Made by a program: the position numbers and the translations under genes. 64,000 nucleotides of DNA, from contig CALXAY010000005.1 of the NCBI GenBank assembly GCA_944386415.1, positions 3,439 to 67,438 on the forward strand, written 5' to 3'. This document shows, piece after piece, positions 42,200-48,878 of this stretch (the first letter of the stretch is position 1; every line of letters begins with the position of its first letter). This stretch comes from an uncultured Clostridia bacterium. GTDB taxonomy: Bacteria > Bacillota > Clostridia > TANB77 > CAG-508. The notes below the pieces were generated by a model. It did not search any database and was not told the origin of the DNA. It saw nothing but the letters and a program-made list of their open reading frames with translations.

Positions 42200-43120
42200 T
42201 CAAACTAATTGTTTTAATAATAATTCTACGTCCTCTTTAGTTGCAAGCTCTATTGAAAAAGCACTAGCACTTCCTGCTGCAATTCCTGTTTTTAATGCAT
42301 ATTCATAATCTTTTGTTTTATAATATCCAACTAAAAATCCTGCAACCATTGAATCTCCAGAACCTACTGTATTTACAATTTTTCCTTCAGGTGCTTTTGA
42401 ATATAATACTTTATCATCTTTAGTTAATAATAAGGCTCCTTCTTTTCCTAAGGATACTAAAATATTCTGTGCTCCAAGTTTTTTTAATTCTTTAGCTGCA
42501 TTTACAATATCTTCTCGTGATTCAATCTTACATTTTAGAGTTTCTTCTAATTCTTCTTTATTAGGTTTTATTAAAAAAGGCTTATATTCTAATACATTCA
42601 TTAATAATTCTTGTGTAGAATCAACAACAAATGTAATTTTCTTTTCACTAAGCTTTTTACATATTTTTCTATAAATTTCTTTGCTTATATTTTTAGGTAC
42701 ACTTCCTGATAAAATAACAACATCTTCTATTGTAACATTATCTAATTTTTTGAATAATTTTTCAATATCTTCTTCAGTTATTTTGGGTCCACTTCCATTT
42801 AATGCTGTTTCTTCTACTTTATCTTTGCCAATAGAACTAATTTTAATATTAATTCTAGTAAATCCTTCTTTTACTTTAACAAAATTTGTTCTTATACCTT
42901 TTTTCTCTAATTTTTTTATTAATTCTTCTCCTGTGAATCCTGCAGTAAATCCTAATGCTGTATTTTCCATCCCTAAATTCTTTAATACAATAGAAACATT
43001 AAGTCCTTTCCCTCCTGGTAATATTGTTTCCGTTTTTGTTCGATTTATTTCATCAATTTTAAAATTTTCAACTTGTACTATATAATCTAATGCTGGATTA
43101 AATGTTATTGTGTAAATCAT
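42200..43120 (-). CDS. fruK: 1-phosphofructokinase
   Basis: MIYTITFNPALDY, GKGLNVS, GSGDSMVAGF. Start moved to the ATG at 43120 behind AAGGAG. TGA stop. Confidence 0.9.
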   Translation of the reverse strand: MIYTITFNPALDYIVQVENFKIDEINRTKTETILPGGKGLNVSIVLKNLGMENTALGFTAGFTGEELIKKLEKKGIRTNFVKVKEGFTRINIKISSIGKDKVEETALNGSGPKITEEDIEKLFKKLDNVTIEDVVILSGSVPKNISKEIYRKICKKLSEKKITFVVDSTQELLMNVLEYKPFLIKPNKEELEETLKCKIESREDIVNAAKELKKLGAQNILVSLGKEGALLLTKDDKVLYSKAPEGKIVNTVGSGDSMVAGFLVGYYKTKDYEYALKTGIAAGSASAFSIELATKEDVELLLKQLV

Positions 43121-43270
43121 TTTTTTCTCCTTATTAAATTTATCATAACTAATTTTTGTAATATTTTTTATTTTAATAAACTTCATGTATTCTTTTTCAT
43201 ATTCATTATATCCAAATATCTTTTTTTAAATCCTTTATTATTAATCTAATTTATTTTTAATTATAGTAAT

Positions 43271-43299
43271 AATATAACATATCATTTTTTGATAGTCAA
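43271..43299 (-). promoter_or_regulatory. candidate sigma-A promoter of the fru/pts operon
   Basis: Minus strand TTGACT (43299..43294), 17 nt, then TATATT (43276..43271). Confidence 0.4.
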
Positions 43300-43490
43300 A
43301 CTTAGTTTATATAAACTTTTTATTAAGCTTTTATACAAAAAATACGCTATAATCTATTTAAATCTTTAAATAAATTTAATTTATAATCGCACACTATCTT
43401 AAGCATTTAATATTTAAGCATATCTATATTTTATTATTTGTTTTAACTTTCTGTAATACAATATTTGATTAATCAAGACCTTCGGGTTAT

Positions 43491-43550
43491 GAGAATTTAA
43501 TTGTGATTTTTGAAGAATTTTGTTAACTTGAGTTTTTATTGGTTTTAATA
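43491..43550. repeat. imperfect 60-nt direct repeat, copy A (copy B at 47527..47586)
   Basis: 47/60 identical by my manual ungapped alignment. Includes the exact 14-mer taattgtgattttt and the exact 9-mer agtttttat. Confidence 0.55.
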
Positions 43551-43610
43551 GGGTTATAGCAAATTGGTAAGATTATGAAAATCGTTAAAATGTGTACTTT
43601 TTTGCAATGA

Positions 43611-43632
43611 TTGTCCCCAATTTGTCCCCAAT
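43611..43632. repeat. tandem 11-mer TTGTCCCCAAT x2
   Basis: Read directly. Unusually C-rich for this DNA. Confidence 0.6.
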
Positions 43633-43747
43633 TTTTTGAGGCATCAAACATATGAAATTTCAATATATTCTTTAATTTGTTATTGCAGTTTTTTTACTGT
43701 TTTGATGTGTTAAATTTTAAAATTTATAAAAATGGAGGTTAATATTA

Positions 43748-44038
43748 ATGAGTACTTTTAGAGAAGTTAATGATGACATTTTAAGAGATTGGTTAAATTT
43801 TAGAGAGGAAACAATTTTTGGTAGACTTACCGAAGAAGATAAAAAACATCATATTTATTTTGATGAAATTTGTGAAAATATTTTGAAGAATGTACCTAAA
43901 CAGAATCAAAAATTTGTAAAGAAGCAATTAGATAAACTGGATAAGAATTTTATGGATTATCTTTGTTATTGGAATGAGAAGTATTATAGGAATGGATTTT
44001 GTGATGGAGTAGAATTGATTATTCATTCATTAGAATAA
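43748..44038 (+). CDS. small helical hypothetical protein (96 aa)
   Basis: RBS GGAGGT upstream. One of the few plus-strand genes. No motif recognised. Confidence 0.55.
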   Translation: MSTFREVNDDILRDWLNFREETIFGRLTEEDKKHHIYFDEICENILKNVPKQNQKFVKKQLDKLDKNFMDYLCYWNEKYYRNGFCDGVELIIHSLE

Positions 44039-44053
44039 TAGACAAATAAGTAA

Positions 44054-44090
44054 AAAGTGTAAAAATGTCAAAAAAACATTTTCACACTTT
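44054..44090. terminator. bidirectional terminator between convergent genes
   Basis: aaagtgtaaaaatg / tcaaaaaaa / cattttcacacttt (1 mismatch). Confidence 0.55.
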
Positions 44091-44094
44091 GCCT

Positions 44095-44676
44095 TTACTT
44101 TTTTTCTTGTTTATACATATCTATTGCATATGCAACATTAAAAGTAATCAAAATTATTGTAATAATTATTTCTGCACCTTTAATCAATGGATTATTCCAT
44201 GTACTATTTAGTATTAGTCTATATATTAGGGCTATTATAAATAAAGCAGGAAAAATAAATTTATAACTATAATAAACTATATTTTGTGTTATTGGATATT
44301 CATTTAAATAGTTTTTACCTTCTCTTCCAAAATTTCTACTTATGCTATTTGACAATTCTTCTTCTATTTTATGAATATATGGATAAGTTTTATCTATATA
44401 TGTATTAATTTGATAATACCTAACTACACAATATAACATACTTATCATAATAATTATTTGAACTGTATTAATACTAAAATAGAATCCCATTTTCCATTGC
44501 TCAATTAATAATTCAGATATTATATTAGTCATGCTATCTGGTCTTATTGATATTAAAAACAAGACAAAAATATGTAATAATATTATCACAAATAATTTAT
44601 TTCTTTTATTTTCTTGCTTTTTTGTCTCATTTACAGTCTCTTTATAGTGATCATATAAAATCTCTATATTACTCAT
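44095..44676 (-). CDS. small four-TM membrane protein, candidate effector coupled to the TIR-like gene
   Basis: Hydrophobic helices LFVIILLHIFVLFLISI, VQIIIMISMLYCVV, FIFPALFIIALIYRLIL, AEIIITIILITFNVAYAI. The start ATG overlaps the TIR-like stop (ATGA at 44676). Confidence 0.7.
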   Translation of the reverse strand: MSNIEILYDHYKETVNETKKQENKRNKLFVIILLHIFVLFLISIRPDSMTNIISELLIEQWKMGFYFSINTVQIIIMISMLYCVVRYYQINTYIDKTYPYIHKIEEELSNSISRNFGREGKNYLNEYPITQNIVYYSYKFIFPALFIIALIYRLILNSTWNNPLIKGAEIIITIILITFNVAYAIDMYKQEKK

Positions 44677-45107
44677 TATGCATTTTTCACCGCTTTCATA
44701 ATAGCGTCTTCACTAAATGAATATGCCCAACTTGCTCCACTACCAAGTAATTCTTCTGGTGATTCATATGTACTGTTGATTTTTATTGCAATTATTTTAT
44801 TTCCATTTTCTTTGCTTTTAGCAATTTCAAAATTTTGCCAATTTTTATAACCTATTAGTGCACTATCTTTATGTCTTTTATTTGCCTCTTTTCCGACTAT
44901 TACAATAGTATAATCAGCTTCATTAATTTTTCTAGTTAAAGCCCCTTTTATTGTTGGTATATTCCAACTATTTATTTCCTTGGTGGATTTATCATCAAAC
45001 TCGAATTCAAATTCACTATTTCCATTCCAAGCATCTAATAAATATTTATAGTTTCTATCATTTTCAAAGTCAAATGACACAAATATTTTTCTTTTACTCA
45101 TTTTCAT
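44676..45107 (-). CDS. ThsB-like TIR domain protein (DUF1863/MTH538 TIR-like)
   Basis: KIFVSFDFENDRNYKYLL, YTIVIVGKEA, NFEIAKSKENGNKIIAIKIN. These parallel the Bacillus ThsB segments RVFFSFHYQD / VTCVLIGSQT / VRYEIMKSIEKGNKIIGIHIN as I recall them. Confidence 0.75.
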   Translation of the reverse strand: MKMSKRKIFVSFDFENDRNYKYLLDAWNGNSEFEFEFDDKSTKEINSWNIPTIKGALTRKINEADYTIVIVGKEANKRHKDSALIGYKNWQNFEIAKSKENGNKIIAIKINSTYESPEELLGSGASWAYSFSEDAIMKAVKNA

Positions 45108-45225
45108 TACTTCCTCTCGTTTCTACATTTTTTGGTTGATAACTGTTTTGATGCATATCAATTTTTATTGGTGGGCATGTTGAATTATCATTACCATTAT
45201 TTAAATTATCCTTTTTTTCTTCCAT
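45094..45225 (-). CDS. unannotated 43-aa ORF bridging the TM-protein gene and the TIR-like gene
   Basis: MEEKKDNLNNGNDNSTCPPIKIDMHQNSYQPKNVETRGSNENE*. SD TAGGAGGTG lies 6 nt upstream and contains the stop of the preceding gene. Its own stop overlaps the TIR-like start by 14 nt. Confidence 0.5.
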   Translation of the reverse strand: MEEKKDNLNNGNDNSTCPPIKIDMHQNSYQPKNVETRGSNENE

Positions 45226-45237
45226 AACTTTCACCTC

Positions 45238-45810
45238 CTATATCATTTGGATAATCAAATTTATTCCTATTAGAACAATTTCAATTAATGTAATTATAGA
45301 TGCATAATTATATAAAGTATGTTTTTTATCAATTATTTTTTCATTATATTCAGCAATTTGTTTATAACTTTTTAACAATTCTTTATTTAAATCTATGTTT
45401 TTACTTTTATAATATATTTCTTCACAAATTGTAGTTGGTATATATTTAATATTGCGAGATTTTAAGCTATATATAAATAAGCATATAGAAATAATTGCTA
45501 AAATTAATATAATAAAATCCAGCAAAACTATAGAGCTATATTTTAATGCTTGCCCTATATTTTGAAATTGCATATTCAATATATTATTTACTTTTTCTGG
45601 ATTAACTAATAACAAAAGAACTGCTCCATGAAATGCTATGAAGAATCCATTTTTATTATCAATATTTTGACTTCTTTCATAATATTGATAATAATTGCTT
45701 TTTACTATATCTAGTATTTCCTTTATATTTTTTTCTTCATTTTCATTCTCATCATTTTTTTCTATTTCTTCTTGACTATCTACTTTTACTTCTTTTTTTA
45801 AATTATCCAT
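45238..45810 (-). CDS. multi-TM membrane protein (possibly Pycsar-effector/DUF5706-like)
   Basis: Acidic N-terminus, then YYQYYERSQNIDNKNGFFIAFHGAVLLLLV, IVLLDFIILILAIISICLFIY and ASIITLIEIVLIGINLIIQMI. Start placed at the ATG at 45810 behind GGAGG. Confidence 0.6.
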   Translation of the reverse strand: MDNLKKEVKVDSQEEIEKNDENENEEKNIKEILDIVKSNYYQYYERSQNIDNKNGFFIAFHGAVLLLLVNPEKVNNILNMQFQNIGQALKYSSIVLLDFIILILAIISICLFIYSLKSRNIKYIPTTICEEIYYKSKNIDLNKELLKSYKQIAEYNEKIIDKKHTLYNYASIITLIEIVLIGINLIIQMI

Positions 45811-45837
45811 ATTAGCCTCCATCTTAACATACATGTA

Positions 45838-47073
45838 TTACAATATTTTATCTTTCTCAAGTAACCAATCTAATACATTTATCTTCTTTATTCCATCAAA
45901 ATCAGCATCTAAATCATCATCTAATGTCAAAATATATTTAGGATAATTATCATTTATTTTCTTTAAAGGTGTTAGTTCTCTATCTAAAATTTTATTTTCT
46001 TCTTCACCTTCTGCTCTTGTTGTCAATGCAACTTGGTAATAAACTGTATTTTCAGGCTTTTTAGCAACAAAATCGACTTCTAATTCGTCATATTTTCCTA
46101 TATATACATCATATCCTCGTCTTAGCAATTCAAGATACACAACATTTTCTAATATATGTCCCATATCTCTACCAGAACCTTGACCTAACATATAATATCT
46201 TAGTCCTATATCTACTGCATAGTATTTTTCTTGTGTTTTTAAATATTCTTTTCCTTTTATGTCATACCTATTAGCTTTAAATATTAAATAGCTATCTATA
46301 AGTGCATCTACATAATTTGAAATTGTATTGTATGATGAATTCTTTTCTACACCTTCAATATTATCGCTTATGCTTTTCATACTAGTTCTATTTCCTATAT
46401 TATCATATAAATATTTTGTAACTCTTTCTAATACGTTTTTATCTGTTATTCCTTTTCTTTGCATCACATCTTTAAATAAAATTGTATTGTATATACCATC
46501 TAAAAACATATTGATATTTTCCGGATTTATTTTATATAGCTCTACTGCTTGAGGAAAAGAACTATATCTTAAATAATCTCTAAACTTTCTTGATATATCT
46601 GTTTTATCTTCAAAAGCAGATACATACTCTTTAAACGATAATGGTAACATTTTTATTTCAATATATCTTCCTGTAAGTAATGTAGCTAATTCTGATGATA
46701 ATAAATAAGCATTTGAGCCTGTTATATATAAGTCCACATCTTTATTTATAAATAAGCTGTCTACTGTCTTTTCAAATTCATTTACATTTTGAATTTCATC
46801 TAAAAATACATACATCTTTTTTCCTTTTAACAATTTTGCTTTTATATGTTCATATAATTTTTTTCTATCTTGTAATTCTTCATAATCAGCATTTTCAAAA
46901 TTTATAGATATTATTTGATTATCTTCTACTCCATTATCTCTTAAATAGTCTTGGTATATTTCTAATAATGTTGATTTTCCACATCTTCTAATTCCTGTTA
47001 TTACTTTTATTATTTGTTGATCTTTGAAATTCTTTAATATAGATAAATAATTATCTCTATTTATTCTTTCCAT
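45838..47073 (-). CDS. AAA_14/DUF4143-family ATPase (COG1373-like)
   Basis: Walker A GIRRCGKST, Walker B YVFLDEIQ. The C-terminal ENVVYLELLRRGYDVY..ELEVDFVAKK resembles a restriction-endonuclease-like fold. Confidence 0.8.
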   Translation of the reverse strand: MERINRDNYLSILKNFKDQQIIKVITGIRRCGKSTLLEIYQDYLRDNGVEDNQIISINFENADYEELQDRKKLYEHIKAKLLKGKKMYVFLDEIQNVNEFEKTVDSLFINKDVDLYITGSNAYLLSSELATLLTGRYIEIKMLPLSFKEYVSAFEDKTDISRKFRDYLRYSSFPQAVELYKINPENINMFLDGIYNTILFKDVMQRKGITDKNVLERVTKYLYDNIGNRTSMKSISDNIEGVEKNSSYNTISNYVDALIDSYLIFKANRYDIKGKEYLKTQEKYYAVDIGLRYYMLGQGSGRDMGHILENVVYLELLRRGYDVYIGKYDELEVDFVAKKPENTVYYQVALTTRAEGEEENKILDRELTPLKKINDNYPKYILTLDDDLDADFDGIKKINVLDWLLEKDKIL

Positions 47074-47214
47074 AGAATCTCCTCCTAACTATAATAATTA
47101 TACTATCTTTTAGTATTATAGTCAAGTCTTTTCAAAATCATGAAAAAACTTTGTAATTTTATAAACTTTTTTCAGTTCAATTATATTTAATACTAATTAT
47201 TATATTTTAACATA

Positions 47215-47262
47215 AAAAATATCGCTTATAAGCGACATTCTTATCTCTAAAGCGATATTTTT
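47215..47262 (-). terminator. terminator of the truncated phosphoesterase gene
   Basis: 13-bp inverted repeat aaaaatatcgctt ... aagcgatattttt, 3 nt after the stop at 47266. Confidence 0.5.
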
Positions 47263-47265
47263 AAT

Positions 47266-47490
47266 TTAAAATATATTTTCAAACTCCAATGGTACAATAT
47301 CTTCATAAAGTAAAACAAATTGTGAATTAATTTGTCTATTATCATGATAATGACCAAAATACCATTTATTAAATTCACATTTTTCTGATATTCCTTGTAA
47401 ATAATCTGTAAGATAATCTTTTTTATATGTTCCACCACTAAGTATAGCTTGTACACTTGTAGGACAACAAAGAGTTATAATATAGTCTAT
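47266..47490 (-). pseudogene. 3' remnant (74 codons) of a metallophosphoesterase gene
   Basis: IDYIITLCCPTS...NKWYFGHYHDNRQI...LEFENIF* (GHYH motif). There is no start and an in-frame TAA sits 3 codons upstream. The track ORF 47247..47456 is in the wrong frame. Confidence 0.6.
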
Positions 47491-47526
47491 ATTTTTAAAT
47501 TATATGTTACATTTCAATTTCATTAC

Positions 47527-47586
47527 GAAAATGTAATTGTGATTTTTCAGAAATTTTAATAATTTAAGTTTTTATCACTTTTAAAA
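47527..47586. repeat. imperfect 60-nt direct repeat, copy B
   Basis: See copy A. Sits between the CBASS effector stop and the truncated phosphoesterase remnant. Confidence 0.55.
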
Positions 47587-47602
47587 TGTAATCCTATTTT
47601 CA

Positions 47603-48397
47603 TTAAACTTTTATTCCTTTTTTATTAAACATTCTAATTCCATTATCTTCTTGTAAAAAAATTGCTATATTATATGTGCTCCTCTCGCCTTTCATTAAAA
47701 TTTTTTCTATCATTTCTTTCGTTGTTCTTGTATTAGTTGTTAAAAATAAATTTATTTTTCCTCCTGTTTTCTGTGCTCTTTCAAAAGCTTCTCCTATTTT
47801 ATTCAATAATTTAGGACTATATATTCTATTATTTACTTTTTCACTTTTATCTCTATATACATATATTGTATCTAAATTTCTTTTTGATTCTGGAATTTGT
47901 TCTTTTTTTATCTCATATGTATCTGATATTATTAAATTACATTCCCTAAGATTATTCGAATCCATTATATTACTATAATCAATATATGCTTCAACATCAT
48001 CTTCTTCTATTTCGTCTGGTATAATTTCAAACATTTTATATTTTACTATTTTAAATATTATATTATAAGGTTTTCTTATTAATGATATTTTATTATATCC
48101 TAACATTTTAGCTAAGCAATACCATATTATATGTTTACTACCATATACATCCCCTTTTAAAAATTCTGTTTTAAAAACGTGTCTATTTAGGATAAATATT
48201 CCAATCCATATCATGATAGAAGCAACTATTTTTTGATATGTAGTAATCTTCCACTCATTTCCAAACAAAGTTTCGTATATATTTATTATCATATTTCTAA
48301 TAAATTCAGGACATAATAATGGTATAATAATTACTATTATCGGAATTATTATTTGTATTATTATACTTATTATCAATTTCATTTTCTTTTTTACCAT
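47603..48397 (-). CDS. CBASS membrane effector: N-terminal 2 TM helices plus C-terminal alpha/beta domain (single SAVED/CARF-like unit?)
   Basis: TM helices LIISIIIQIIIPIIVIIIPLL and IVASIMIWIGIFIL. The C-terminal part reads CNLIISDTYEI..DTIYVYRD..KINLFLTTNTRTTKEMIEKIL. Starts 4 nt after cap3. Confidence 0.65.
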   Translation of the reverse strand: MVKKKMKLIISIIIQIIIPIIVIIIPLLCPEFIRNMIINIYETLFGNEWKITTYQKIVASIMIWIGIFILNRHVFKTEFLKGDVYGSKHIIWYCLAKMLGYNKISLIRKPYNIIFKIVKYKMFEIIPDEIEEDDVEAYIDYSNIMDSNNLRECNLIISDTYEIKKEQIPESKRNLDTIYVYRDKSEKVNNRIYSPKLLNKIGEAFERAQKTGGKINLFLTTNTRTTKEMIEKILMKGERSTYNIAIFLQEDNGIRMFNKKGIKV

Positions 48398-48401
48398 ATT
48401 T

Positions 48402-48878
48402 TTAATATAACCTTTCTATCTTTAAATTACATTTCCAAATTCTAATTTCTTTCGTTCCAACAATAACATTAAATAAGTCTCCACCATCTTTTTGATACCA
48501 AATTTTTTTCCAGTTTTTTTTATCTAGCAAAGATGGTTCAGGTATATTTTCTGGATGTGTATGCCACTCTCCAACATAAGCATATATTCCATTATTCTCT
48601 TTATAAATTTTATTATAATACTCAATATGTCCTTTATCTTTTCTATAAAATCTATATCTTTTTCTTATATCTTTTTCCATTGGATATGTTGCATACTCTA
48701 TTATTAAATTTCCATTATTTTTTTCTTCTCTCCCTATTAAAATCCCTCCTGATTCAGGCTCTTTTCCATTTTGTCTGTATTGTTTAAATAGATTCATAAT
48801 TTCTTCTGTAATTTTTACCTTCCTTCCTGAATCATTAAAAACTATATCATTGGAATTTTCCACAAAACTCACATTCAT
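48402..48878 (-). CDS. cap3: Cap3, JAB/JAMM isopeptidase
   Basis: ESGGILIG plus a perfect HxHx7Sx2D (HTHPENIPEPSLLD). Confidence 0.9.
   Translation of the reverse strand: MNVSFVENSNDIVFNDSGRKVKITEEIMNLFKQYRQNGKEPESGGILIGREEKNNGNLIIEYATYPMEKDIRKRYRFYRKDKGHIEYYNKIYKENNGIYAYVGEWHTHPENIPEPSLLDKKNWKKIWYQKDGGDLFNVIVGTKEIRIWKCNLKIERLY

Noticed and set aside
42200-43186. Long N-terminal extensions in track ORFs for fruK, and likewise for proS (to 32800), nifS (to 11925), the adhesin (to 21288) and the 317-aa LPXTG protein (to 19784)
   Set aside because: Internal starts preceded by GGAGG-type RBS coincide with the conserved protein N-termini. The extensions overlap upstream genes or lack an RBS.
47247-47456. 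69-aa minus-strand track ORF
   Set aside because: A different frame of the same strand gives a clear metallophosphoesterase C-terminus (WYFGHYHDN). The track ORF is a hydrophobic, low-complexity overlap.
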